IMG/VR virus record: IMGVR_UViG_3300047320_000285
Location: 186,001-250,000 of that record
Length of the DNA stretch: 64,000 nt
Direction: 5' to 3' (one strand)
Shown here: positions 10,449-19,578 of the stretch, piece after piece
Position numbering within the stretch: position 1 is the stretch's first letter
Layout: each line of letters begins with the position of its first letter
Made by a program: the position numbers and the translations under genes
The notes under the pieces: generated by a model
Told to the model about the DNA's origin: nothing
Databases searched by the model: none
What the model saw: only the letters and a program-made list of their open reading frames with translations

Positions 10449-11174
10449 ATGAACCCGAAGAAGTTGATTCGCGACCCCAAGCGGGTGCAGGCGTGTCTCA
10501 AGGAGTTGCCGGACCACCGGCTCGTGGCTCTGAAGCCTGTGAAGATTTACGTTCCTGCCCGCTTCAATGAGCGCAACCTCGCGACCATTGGCACCGAAGT
10601 CTACATTGTCGGCATCTACGGCATTGTGGTAGAAGACCAGTACTACGGGTCCTCGACGGTGAACGCCATGATGCGTATCGAGCCATCCTCGATTATGCGC
10701 ATTCAGGTGGACGGGGAGGAATACTTCGAATTCAGTTTCGACGCAGGCGCGACGGTGATCAGCTCCACCCTGCTGGTCAAGCAGGATACGCTGGTCTATC
10801 GGATCTACGACGAGATCTTCGCCAAAGGTCGGGTGCCGTGGTACATGAGTTTGCTGCAGTTGGGCCGGCTGTTCGAGACCGCCAAGAAGCACGCTGGGGC
10901 GAACTTGGGCCAGAACCAAGAAGTGACCGAGCTGATCGCCTCGATCATTGCCCGTGACGAGAGTGATCGTCACTTGCAGTACCGCTCTACGATCAAGAGC
11001 ATGGATGACCTGCAAAGGCGTCCACCCGTGTACATTCCGATGCGTTCCGTTCAGTACGCGGCAAACAACACGCTTAACAAGTTGGCGGGGTCCTACTTCG
11101 GTGAAGCCGTGGTGTCAGCACTGGTGACCCCGAGTGACCGGACGGAACGCATTGAGTCTCTGCTGAGAAAGTGA
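10449..11174 (+). CDS. Conserved protein, phiKZ gp176-like (candidate small vRNAP-associated subunit)
   Basis: 241 aa, immediately upstream of the prohead protease; assignment by gene order only. Confidence 0.5.
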   Translation: MNPKKLIRDPKRVQACLKELPDHRLVALKPVKIYVPARFNERNLATIGTEVYIVGIYGIVVEDQYYGSSTVNAMMRIEPSSIMRIQVDGEEYFEFSFDAGATVISSTLLVKQDTLVYRIYDEIFAKGRVPWYMSLLQLGRLFETAKKHAGANLGQNQEVTELIASIIARDESDRHLQYRSTIKSMDDLQRRPPVYIPMRSVQYAANNTLNKLAGSYFGEAVVSALVTPSDRTERIESLLRK

Positions 11175-11181
11175 GAAAGAA

Positions 11182-11946
11182 ATGAGCAATCAGGTACGTT
11201 TTGCCTGCACGGCCTTGGCAGGCACCAACCGGGCTGGCAAGCTGGTCGCAGACGCAAATGGCTACTACGACATGGTCGTGGGTGGCTTGAACGTCTTCAA
11301 CTCAGTGGGCCAGTACTACACCTACGAAGGGGCGAAAGAACTCTTCGAGGAGTCCAGTCAGTTCATGCGGCGTGTCAAGCGCGGCGTGCTGGCCGGGGAA
11401 CAAGGCCATCCGAAGTGGCAACCCGGCATGAGCGAGTCGGCCTACGCCCAACGCATCATGTCGATCTACGAAGAGAACGTGTGCTGCCATCACAAGGAAG
11501 TCTATCTCGACTTTGACAATGTCAAGGATGAGGCGGGCCGCCCGGTGATTGCGATCCGCTCCAAGTTGAAGCCGGCCGGTCCGCATGGCGAGGCCTTGCG
11601 CCAGTCGCTGGAGAATCCGGATGAGAACGTCTGCTTCTCGATTCGGGCCTTCACCGATGACTTCCAAGACCGCGGTCGTGGCTTGACCAAACGGATCTTG
11701 CGCACCATCGTGACGTGGGACCGGGTGACCGAACCGGGTCTGTCGGTGGCGGAGAAATACAAGAGCCCCGCGCTCGAATCGCTGGAAGATCGTTACTTCT
11801 CGCGCGGGGTGCTCGAGCGCGGCATGGCTGATGCCCAAGTCAAGGGCATCGCAACAGAATCCTCGCTCATGACCGGACACGAACTGTTCAAGGCCATGGG
11901 TTGGATCATGCCCAAGGGCGATCGCCCGTCGTTCCTCAAGTGGTAA
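11182..11946 (+). CDS. Prohead (head maturation) protease, phiKZ gp175-like
   Basis: Catalytic His motif GEQGHP and Ser motif FSIRA. C-terminal SPALE-SLE fits the S/A/G-X-E self-cleavage pattern of this family. Confidence 0.88.
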   Translation: MSNQVRFACTALAGTNRAGKLVADANGYYDMVVGGLNVFNSVGQYYTYEGAKELFEESSQFMRRVKRGVLAGEQGHPKWQPGMSESAYAQRIMSIYEENVCCHHKEVYLDFDNVKDEAGRPVIAIRSKLKPAGPHGEALRQSLENPDENVCFSIRAFTDDFQDRGRGLTKRILRTIVTWDRVTEPGLSVAEKYKSPALESLEDRYFSRGVLERGMADAQVKGIATESSLMTGHELFKAMGWIMPKGDRPSFLKW

Positions 11947-11954
11947 CACCACCC

Positions 11955-11993
11955 CGTCATAGGCCCCCGCTCACAAGGCGGGGGTTTATGCCG
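11955..11993 (+). terminator. Stem-loop terminator with TTTATGCCG tail
   Basis: CCCCCGC/GCGGGGG stem (11964-11984) followed by TTTATGCCG. Confidence 0.7.
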
Positions 11994-12000
11994 TGTTGTA

Positions 12001-12070
12001 TTTATTTTTGATCACATATTACCAACATGTACAAGCAGCACGAATGATCTTACACTTCCTCACACTGGAG
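12001..12070 (+). promoter_or_regulatory. Early (vRNAP-type) promoter and leader
   Basis: T-run then CATATTAC (12015-12022), resembling the phiKZ early consensus TATATTAC; near-duplicate at 33121-33208. Confidence 0.65.
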
Positions 12071-12077
12071 TCAAGCC

Positions 12078-12563
12078 ATGGGCGTCAAGATTGAGTTCAT
12101 CGTCAACAAACAACTCGGACTCGGACCGGTACAAACAAAGAAAGTCCAAGCCGATACCAAGCAGCTGGCGATCCTGCTGGGCAAGATCAATACCGACCCC
12201 AAGTGGGACAAGCTGCTGACCACAGGTAGCGGGATGTTGGCGGGCAAGGGTGACTTCCTGTTGCTGGAAGATCTAGACCTGAACACCAAGGCCAACAAAG
12301 AATACCTGCAAGATGCGGGTGAGCTGAAAGTGATCTGTCAGGCGCTGCTCGACGCCAAAGACACCGCGCTGCGCATGCGCCTGACGAAAGCGCAGAAACA
12401 GATGCTGCGCGAACAGACCGAAGGTCACTTGATGCTCTGTGGTGTAGAGATGGGTCGTCGGCCGGTTGCACCGAAAGGCCAGCCGTCGCGTTTTGTCGAC
12501 TGCCTGATGTTTCAACCCGAATATCGGACCAGCCGGATATTCGTTGTCTACAGCGATCTGTGA
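12078..12563 (+). CDS. Hypothetical early protein (161 aa)
   Basis: GGAG SD; first gene after the early promoter. Confidence 0.75.
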   Translation: MGVKIEFIVNKQLGLGPVQTKKVQADTKQLAILLGKINTDPKWDKLLTTGSGMLAGKGDFLLLEDLDLNTKANKEYLQDAGELKVICQALLDAKDTALRMRLTKAQKQMLREQTEGHLMLCGVEMGRRPVAPKGQPSRFVDCLMFQPEYRTSRIFVVYSDL

Positions 12564-12611
12564 CTGTACGAGACCGTACAAAGGTAGATTTTTACCACGC
12601 TCCACCATGCC

Positions 12612-13238
12612 ATGCCACACGGCAAACCTTACACTTTTCCAAACGAGACGAGACGATCTATGAGCGATGTTCTCCTGAAGTTTAATGGCCACACGCATGA
12701 CGCCAGCAAAGTGCTCGGCAAAGCCAGTCGGCCGGTGGAGGTCACCTACAAGGACATCAACACCGACATGAGCCTAGTGGAGTATCAGTGCGTGCCGCCG
12801 GGTTCGGATCCGCTCTACGGCGGCGCCACGGTGTTCATTCACTTTAACGGCAAGTACGTGCCGTTGATGGGTCGTGCGAAAGTCTTGACCGATAACTCGA
12901 ACCCCGAGCGTATCATCAAGGGCATGCTGATTACCAGCGTGGCACTGAAAGCAGCCCGGCTCGAAACCAGCTACGTCAGGCCGTCGGGTCCGACGACACT
13001 GCCGACCCCGAGCGAAGGCATCCGTGTCAGTCAACCCGAACATGCCCCGCTGAAGAATATCGATGCGCTGCGCGATCGTTTCAGCAGTCCTGCATCCAAG
13101 CCGAGCCCGCGTCATCACGACACGGAGCGTCGGCCGTCTCAGAATTACGGCGGCACTAGCCGTCCGGAATCGGCCACCGGGAGTTCGCTGCGTTCCCGTA
13201 GTCCGTATCGTGGCACCACCAAACGCAGCGGAGTCTAG
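12612..13238 (+). CDS. Hypothetical protein with Ser/Arg/Pro-rich disordered C-terminus (start may be 12660)
   Basis: 208 aa ORF with phage-like codon usage. Confidence 0.65.
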   Translation: MPHGKPYTFPNETRRSMSDVLLKFNGHTHDASKVLGKASRPVEVTYKDINTDMSLVEYQCVPPGSDPLYGGATVFIHFNGKYVPLMGRAKVLTDNSNPERIIKGMLITSVALKAARLETSYVRPSGPTTLPTPSEGIRVSQPEHAPLKNIDALRDRFSSPASKPSPRHHDTERRPSQNYGGTSRPESATGSSLRSRSPYRGTTKRSGV

Positions 13239-13303
13239 CGCTAGACTTCTTTAGACGCAGTAACATTCTTCAATCACAAAACCGAAACAAGGAAGGTATT
13301 ATC

Positions 13304-13771
13304 ATGGCAAAGGAAATCAGCCAAAAGAGCCACGACGACGCAAAGGCACTGCGCAAGCTCCTCGACATCGATCCGAAGACGGGCGTGACCAAGGACGTGC
13401 CGAAGGACTGGTACGACGGTCAGCGCGAAGCATTCGGCGTCGATCCCGAGCAGCTCAAGCTGGTGCGTGAACTCGACACCCACGTCGCGCAAGTCGCCAC
13501 CCTCGCCGTCGGCGAAGAAGCGAACCACCTCGGCAAGAAGAGCAAGGATCTGGACCGCGTGCAGGTCAAGATCCACGCCGACGGTCGCAACGGTTTCAAC
13601 GTCGACTGGAAGCGCCGCATCGAAACGATGAACCCGACCACCAAGGAAAAGGGCGAAAAGTTCGGCGTGGTCAACGTCAAGTTCGACTTCTACGGCACGG
13701 GCACGCACGGCGAGATGAAGCTGATCCGCGAACACATCGCCACGCAAGGCGCTGCCTCGCTGGCAGACTGA
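13304..13771 (+). CDS. Hypothetical protein (155 aa), probably highly expressed
   Basis: AGGAAGG SD and strong C-ending codon bias; terminator downstream. Confidence 0.8.
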   Translation: MAKEISQKSHDDAKALRKLLDIDPKTGVTKDVPKDWYDGQREAFGVDPEQLKLVRELDTHVAQVATLAVGEEANHLGKKSKDLDRVQVKIHADGRNGFNVDWKRRIETMNPTTKEKGEKFGVVNVKFDFYGTGTHGEMKLIREHIATQGAASLAD

Positions 13772-13847
13772 ACGTCGCGCGGCCGACGCGCTGGTGCTTC
13801 TGAGACCGTTGTGATGGGCGACTCGGAGCACCAGCACTGAGCAAGAC

Positions 13848-13890
13848 CCCGCCCCTTCGGGGGCGGGCATTTCCTCGCTTCTTTTTTTTT
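13848..13890 (+). terminator. Intrinsic terminator
   Basis: CCCGCCCC-TTCG-GGGGCGGG stem followed by a long T-run. Confidence 0.7.
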
Positions 13891-13897
13891 GGCTCAA

Positions 13898-14347
13898 ATG
13901 AACAGAATCGATTTCGATCTCATCGTTAATGAGTTGCGTAAGGGCTTGCGCCCCCACACCGATCCGATCGCTCAGGCAATCTTGGCGCGCACTCAGTTCT
14001 TCCACGAATTCCGCACTATCGGCCTCACAGCGGCTCGGCAGACGGGTAAGTCCCGTTGGGCCTTCGAGCAGCTGGCGAAGGATCGTAGCGCCTGTATGAT
14101 CGTCCCCAAGGGCTTAACGCGCGATGAGATCTTTCAGTACGAGGATCGCATGGGGGTGGTGAATGTGGATGAACGCACCTTTACGATCCGGGAAGTACAA
14201 CACCTGATTTGCCGGGACAAGTTTGAAGCGTGGTCAACGATTTACTTCGATGATGCCACGCACAAGTACCACTTTCTGAAAAAGCAATTGCTGGAGTATC
14301 TGCACAAACACCAGCGTTTTGAGACGACGATTATCCTCGTCGGTTAA
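13898..14347 (+). CDS. Small P-loop protein resembling a terminase/helicase ATPase fragment
   Basis: Walker A-like AARQTGKS and Walker B-like TIYFDD in about 150 aa. Confidence 0.6.
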   Translation: MNRIDFDLIVNELRKGLRPHTDPIAQAILARTQFFHEFRTIGLTAARQTGKSRWAFEQLAKDRSACMIVPKGLTRDEIFQYEDRMGVVNVDERTFTIREVQHLICRDKFEAWSTIYFDDATHKYHFLKKQLLEYLHKHQRFETTIILVG

Positions 14348-14371
14348 ACCTCTTACTGATTACCTACTACA

Positions 14372-14614
14372 ATGAACAACATTGAAAGCCGTGTAAAGCA
14401 AATCGTCGCCCATCAGACCGGTGTCTCGGAGACGGCCATCAGTGGCGAGCAAAACCTCGTCAAGGATCTGGGCATGGACAGTCTCGATGAAGTGGAATGC
14501 CTGATGGCGATCGAAGACACCTTCGACCTGCGCATCGAGGACGAAGACGCCCGTGAAATGAAGACCGTGCAGCAACTGGTCGATTACGTCACCAAAGCCA
14601 AGCAACCGGCGTAA
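14372..14614 (+). CDS. acpP: Acyl carrier protein
   Basis: 80 aa acidic protein: IESRVKQIVAHQTG...DLGMDSLDEVECLMAIEDTFDLRIEDEDA...TVQQLVDY. The DSL phosphopantetheine serine is intact. Confidence 0.93.
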   Translation: MNNIESRVKQIVAHQTGVSETAISGEQNLVKDLGMDSLDEVECLMAIEDTFDLRIEDEDAREMKTVQQLVDYVTKAKQPA

Positions 14615-14682
14615 GGGACGGATGATGACTGATGATTACCGCAGTTGGCTTTCGAGCCGTCTGATGGGCGAAGCCGGATTGG

Positions 14683-15192
14683 TTGATGATCCGAGCTTCG
14701 TATTACCTTCCACGCCACGCACACCGAATAATGACAACCGACTCAAGTGTGGTCGAGAAGGAAAAGGCACCCAACTTTTTCTTGTGGACCATTCAAATCC
14801 CCCAATGGCGCCGTCACCGAACGGCCGGTCTCAAACTCATTGACATCACCGTCAAGAGTGGCGACCACGCGTTTGCCCCGCATGGTTTTGATTTAAAGCA
14901 GTACAAGGCCGGAGCGATGTCGGAAGATGAATACACCGAACGCTATATGGACAAGATGCTCGAGTCCATGCAGGAGCATAAAAGCCACTGGGACCATCTG
15001 TCAGCGTATAAATACGCGGTCTACGGCTGCTACTGTCCGGAAGGGGCCTACTGCCATCGGCATCTGTTTAAGAACTTGGCCAAAGCCCATCTGGAAGGGA
15101 TGGGTTGGACGCCTAAGTTGATGGGGGAGTTTCACGGGGATCTGGAAGGGTTGGTGATTTCTGATGCGTTCCAACATGCCTGTCCGGCATAA
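14683..15192 (+). CDS. DUF488-like protein (start may be 14731)
   Basis: DITVKSG..FAP, EYTERY and a CYC....CHR motif typical of DUF488-type proteins. Confidence 0.6.
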   Translation: MMIRASYYLPRHAHRIMTTDSSVVEKEKAPNFFLWTIQIPQWRRHRTAGLKLIDITVKSGDHAFAPHGFDLKQYKAGAMSEDEYTERYMDKMLESMQEHKSHWDHLSAYKYAVYGCYCPEGAYCHRHLFKNLAKAHLEGMGWTPKLMGEFHGDLEGLVISDAFQHACPA

Positions 15193-15229
15193 AGGCCCAG
15201 CCCCCGCAAGGGAGCTGGGCTTTATGCCG
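15185..15229. terminator. Bidirectional terminator between convergent genes
   Basis: CGGCATAAAG-GCCCAGC...GCTGGGC-TTTATGCCG near-perfect inverted repeat. Confidence 0.75.
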
Positions 15230-15236
15230 CCGTGGC

Positions 15237-16112
15237 TTAAACCACAGCTGCCGTCGCAGCGAGATTGGTGATACCGTTCGAATAGCCTTGGGCTTGCGCC
15301 GTGACTTCCGCACTGATCTGCTGTACGAACGCTTGCCGGTTGTACGGGTTCGCGTTGGTGATGTTGATCGAGTTCAGCAATTGCTGGCAGAACGCGATCA
15401 CGCCGCTGCCTTGCTGGGCCAAGCAGGAGAACTCGACGTCCAGCGTGCCGATTTCACCGCCTTGCGTAAGTTCACGCTGGCCACCCAACGAACCGCCGAT
15501 GCCGTTCTTCGGGTACATGTTCGTGCACAGCCAAGCCTTGTTGACCTTGGTGTGCGTCGGATCCGGCTCGATAAACGCCATGGTGGCCGAGTAACGATCC
15601 GCGAGCATGTCGGGTACAGCGTTGCCGGGGATGGTGTTCACGGAAGCGACCTTGCTTTCCGGATCCATCATGCAGTAACGTACCCAGCCGGTGAGGAAGT
15701 TGTAGATCGCCAGACCGTAGCGCTCGTTCCAACGGAACGTCGGGTTGGAGCGCTGCATCGTGACGTTGGTGAACTCTTCCTGAACCTGACCGCCGCCGCC
15801 CACCGGATTGGCATCCGAGGTTTCGATGGTCATTTCCATGTTCAGACCCGTGATCGACAGGGCTTGCAACTCGACGAGCGAGCGCAGGGTGCCGACCCAG
15901 AAGTCCGGTTGGTCGAGATTCTGGAACGCCGTGGGCGCCTCGATCAGCAAACAGATGAGGTTCCGGCGCACGTACGCCTGATTGCTCACCCAGCTGGTCA
16001 AGTCCGGCGTGTAGCCGTTTTGGCCACCGTTGCGCAGGTCGACCATGCTGTTGGTCGTGCCTTTCGCGTAGGCTACGCCTTGCGGCAGAAACACGTTGTT
16101 AATTCGACTCAT
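15237..16112 (-). CDS. Tail tube protein (phiKZ gp30-like)
   Basis: 291 aa directly downstream of the sheath gene; contains the WVSNQAYVRRNLICLLIEAP segment that I recognise from this family. Confidence 0.8.
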   Translation of the reverse strand: MSRINNVFLPQGVAYAKGTTNSMVDLRNGGQNGYTPDLTSWVSNQAYVRRNLICLLIEAPTAFQNLDQPDFWVGTLRSLVELQALSITGLNMEMTIETSDANPVGGGGQVQEEFTNVTMQRSNPTFRWNERYGLAIYNFLTGWVRYCMMDPESKVASVNTIPGNAVPDMLADRYSATMAFIEPDPTHTKVNKAWLCTNMYPKNGIGGSLGGQRELTQGGEIGTLDVEFSCLAQQGSGVIAFCQQLLNSINITNANPYNRQAFVQQISAEVTAQAQGYSNGITNLAATAAVV

Positions 16113-16186
16113 TTAGTCTGTCCTCAGTACGAGATCGATAGAAACCGTTGTCGAGGACCCCGTAAGGGGCCCCCAGCCTTCGGACG

Positions 16187-18319
16187 TTAGCCGGTGGTCG
16201 TGGTCGTGCCAGCCGGCAGATCTTCCATGCGGTACGCGCTGATCTGAAGCGTTTGCACGGTCTTCATGTTGTTCGCGAACAGCTTGATGTTCAGCGACCA
16301 GCTGAAACCACGCGCCAAGTCGGCGGCGCTGAAGTACGTGTCCGGCTGAATCACGAACCGGCCGTCGAAACGTTGGTTCGTGTTGTCGATCACGTACTGG
16401 TTGACGCGCGACACCAGCTGGGCGTTGGTGAGCTGCGTGTTGCCCGAGAAAGCCCGACGCGCACGCTGACCGACCTTTTCCAGTTCCACACAGCCGAGCA
16501 TCGTGATGATCGACGTGAGCACCGAGGTGTCGTTGTCGTACACCGTCTTGAACGCCGGGAAGTACAGCGCCCGACGGCTGAACGATTCGACCCACACCAG
16601 CCCGTTGGCCCAGTCCTTGTTGCGCACCGTGCTCGGCGTGAACGTGACATTCACATTCGAGAACAGGTTCACTTGGTTCTGCGGCCAAATGTCGAAACCA
16701 CCACCCGGCTTCCAGACGCCGTTGCCGGCACCCATGTAGTCGGCCAGCTTGTCAGCCAGCTCGATGGTGAGCGGCAGCGGGTTGTCGTACAGCGCGCCCG
16801 TGAGCGTGCCCGAACGGCCGATAATCGCACCGCGCATCGTCGACGTACCGAAGTAGTCCGATTCCGGGAACTGCTGCAACCGCGTCTTCAGTGCCACCGC
16901 CAGCGACGATTCTTCGTCAGCCGTGAGCACCGCGCCCGAGGCGTCGTACGGCGTGAGGAACACCGCCATGTCCTTACGGATAGCGATGACGCTGATCAGG
17001 TCGTACTTCGTCTGCAACGGGAAGCCCGTGTCGTACACCACCGATTCCGGATAACGGGCGTCGTCCAGATACGGTGAGAGCGGATCCGCGTAGCTCACCA
17101 CGTCAGCCGACACCAGCCCCGCGAACAGTGCGTTGCTCATCGTGCCGTCGCCACCACCCGTGAGGTAGAACGACGAGGCTTCCGACAGGCGCTGCGCGTT
17201 GGTGTCTTCCGTGTCCAGTACGATGGCCGTGTAGGGCACGTTCTGGCTCGACACGCAGCTGAATGGGTTCAGCCGGTACTGGTTGACAGCATCCGTGTCG
17301 GTGGTCACGAAGTCCGAGAAGCTGTCCGCGAACGGCTTTTCAGCGACGAAGAACTCAGCGAGCAGCGTGTCGACGAGCGACTGATACACCGCGAACTTAC
17401 CGATCGGGCCATACTGGTTCGGCAGACCCGACGGGTCATTGAGCAGCTGGTAGCTCTTCGGGAACTTCTTGGTGATGTAGAACTCGCTCTCATCGATCGA
17501 GCTGATCACCCCGGTTTTCAGACAGAAGTCGATCGACTGCGACGCGGACTGCGTCGGTACGATCTGCGCCGTGGCGTTGGCGCTGGACTTCTGCAGCATC
17601 TGCAGACGAAACGGATACACCCCGTCGGTCGTCAGGCTGGTGCTGTTGATCGGCGTCGAGGATTGCTCCGTCGGCGCGAACACACGCACACCGATCAAGT
17701 CGCCGATGGCGGCTTGGAACGGGTACTCGAAGTCCATGAACGGGTAGCGTTGCGACTGCGACGTCGATGCGCTGTCGGTCTGGTCGCCCGGCATGATGGT
17801 GCCCTTGCCGAAGCCGGTCGAACCGTCTGTTGCCAGGGCGATCGGCGTGACCACCCACTTGATCTTGTAGCCCGTGACGGTCGCCCCTTCGCCCACCACT
17901 TGCAACGGATCCCCGTTGGTATCGGTCTTGATGCTGCCATCGATATTGCGCTGCCAGTTCGGGACCTGAATCGGACCCAGCACATCCAGCCACAAACGGC
18001 CGTTCGAGGGCGGCGGCGCATCGGCCGGCACCACTCGCTGCATCATCATGCTGTTGCCTTTCGCGTTGACCGTATTGATCAGCGCGGTCGCGTGCGTCGC
18101 CCACGGCTTGCGATAGTCGAACGAATCCACGCCATACATCTGCGTCATCGCATCGCCTACCACCAGCTGCGGGTCGGACGGCCCAGTTTGCGCGTAGGTG
18201 TAGACCTTCGGAAGGTGGGTGGGCAGCACTTCCGGCACCGGTGCCAATGGCCTGGTGCTGTCGTCTTGCACACCCAGCATAACGGTCATCGGCGCGGCGT
18301 TCACAATTTGTTGCACCAT
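16187..18319 (-). CDS. Contractile tail sheath protein (phiKZ gp29-like)
   Basis: 710 aa; sheath-like C-terminus (YDTGFPLQTK, YFPAFKTVYDNDTSVL, RFDGRFVIQPDTY); followed by the tube gene. Confidence 0.85.
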   Translation of the reverse strand: MVQQIVNAAPMTVMLGVQDDSTRPLAPVPEVLPTHLPKVYTYAQTGPSDPQLVVGDAMTQMYGVDSFDYRKPWATHATALINTVNAKGNSMMMQRVVPADAPPPSNGRLWLDVLGPIQVPNWQRNIDGSIKTDTNGDPLQVVGEGATVTGYKIKWVVTPIALATDGSTGFGKGTIMPGDQTDSASTSQSQRYPFMDFEYPFQAAIGDLIGVRVFAPTEQSSTPINSTSLTTDGVYPFRLQMLQKSSANATAQIVPTQSASQSIDFCLKTGVISSIDESEFYITKKFPKSYQLLNDPSGLPNQYGPIGKFAVYQSLVDTLLAEFFVAEKPFADSFSDFVTTDTDAVNQYRLNPFSCVSSQNVPYTAIVLDTEDTNAQRLSEASSFYLTGGGDGTMSNALFAGLVSADVVSYADPLSPYLDDARYPESVVYDTGFPLQTKYDLISVIAIRKDMAVFLTPYDASGAVLTADEESSLAVALKTRLQQFPESDYFGTSTMRGAIIGRSGTLTGALYDNPLPLTIELADKLADYMGAGNGVWKPGGGFDIWPQNQVNLFSNVNVTFTPSTVRNKDWANGLVWVESFSRRALYFPAFKTVYDNDTSVLTSIITMLGCVELEKVGQRARRAFSGNTQLTNAQLVSRVNQYVIDNTNQRFDGRFVIQPDTYFSAADLARGFSWSLNIKLFANNMKTVQTLQISAYRMEDLPAGTTTTTG

Positions 18320-18568
18320 TGCGATTCCTTTATTGAATGGTATGGTTTTCGAAGACGATGCTGCGACGCATCCTGTGTCCTCTCAAGAGGCTGACCATAT
18401 CAGGGGGAAGCCGTGAGGCCAAGCCTGATGAGAGTGTCAGTCATAACTATTGGGACTTTTTTCTGCGGCAAACACCATAGTGCTTTCCTATAAGAAAAAA
18501 TTGCATAGGATGGACGCGTCGTTTTCCTCCCCGTCTCTCTATTGACCCTCCCTTTCACGGTGTAGAAC

Positions 18569-19537
18569 ATGACCATTTTCCGTACTGCCTACGACACTCA
18601 GGCCTGCCAAGGTTTCGTGTTGCGCCACGTCGAAGACGGCCTGAAGAAGGCTGACGCGATGGGCTATCTGCGACCGGCTCGTCAGGGCCAGTATTACGAA
18701 GTCACCGGCGCCTCCGCCATCGAGCTGGCGATTCCCGGCTTTGCTCACCCTTACGAAATCAAGCGCGACGGGCTGGATCGGCTCGTCGTCGATATGCGCC
18801 CCTATGGTCGCTACGACAATGCGCAAGATACCTTCCAAGTGCGTAACGCCAGCGGCGCCAAGCTGGCGGTGAGCCGCACCGAGCTGAATCATTTCTGGCT
18901 CAACAACAATCCTGAGCTGCTGCGCGACCTGTCACCGCTGCCGCTCGCGCTGTATTGCGACTTCGTCTCGAAGAATATCGCCAAGCGCTTCGCGCTCGAT
19001 GCCCGAGAAGAACAGCATCTGCAAGTGTTGGCTGCGTGGTTCTACGTGTCGTGCTTTACCAACGAAGGCGAACTGACCGAACGTGATCGTGCGCGTTTCG
19101 TGCAGACCATCTCGCGGGCGACGTACGTGCCGGCTGAACAGGTCTTCTCGATTACCGACAAAATCCCGGGTGCCCTACCCCACGTGGCGGCCATGTGCCA
19201 GATCGCCTCCGAAGTGGTGGACACCGTGCGCTTGGCCGATATGAACATCGGCGTGTATTTCCAAGTGCTCGCCAGTGCATGGTACGGTGACTCCAGCTCG
19301 CGCGAAACCCTGCTGGCCGGGCTCGAGCATCCGCCCACGTGGCTGGCGATTTTGCTGGCGGCGGCCACCGACCGGTCGTTCAAGAAGACCGGCATCGGCA
19401 TGCTCTACGAGCGTGAGAAGCCCGCTGACCAGAAACAGTTCCTGCATTCGGTCCTGAGCCTGCTGAGCAATGAAGACATGAAGCGCATCCGTGACGAGCA
19501 GGGCTTCGGCGCTGCTGTAACGAGTGCTGGCCTGTAA
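18569..19537 (+). CDS. Virion structural protein (phiKZ gp28-like)
   Basis: 322 aa, divergent from the sheath gene, first gene of the structural-terminase operon; gene order. Confidence 0.6.
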   Translation: MTIFRTAYDTQACQGFVLRHVEDGLKKADAMGYLRPARQGQYYEVTGASAIELAIPGFAHPYEIKRDGLDRLVVDMRPYGRYDNAQDTFQVRNASGAKLAVSRTELNHFWLNNNPELLRDLSPLPLALYCDFVSKNIAKRFALDAREEQHLQVLAAWFYVSCFTNEGELTERDRARFVQTISRATYVPAEQVFSITDKIPGALPHVAAMCQIASEVVDTVRLADMNIGVYFQVLASAWYGDSSSRETLLAGLEHPPTWLAILLAAATDRSFKKTGIGMLYEREKPADQKQFLHSVLSLLSNEDMKRIRDEQGFGAAVTSAGL

Positions 19538-19578
19538 CAGCGCTCTTCGGATAGGAGAGCGTGCCCTGAGACGACACT

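Noticed and set aside
14622-14843. 73-aa ORF overlapping the DUF488-like gene
   Set aside because: It has an SD-like site but no motifs and overlaps a better-supported gene; I cannot tell it apart from a frameshifted 5' end.
18424-18470. Hammerhead-like CTGATGAG core (also CTGATGA at about 14626)
   Set aside because: No stem II followed by GAAA and no matching stem I/III arms.
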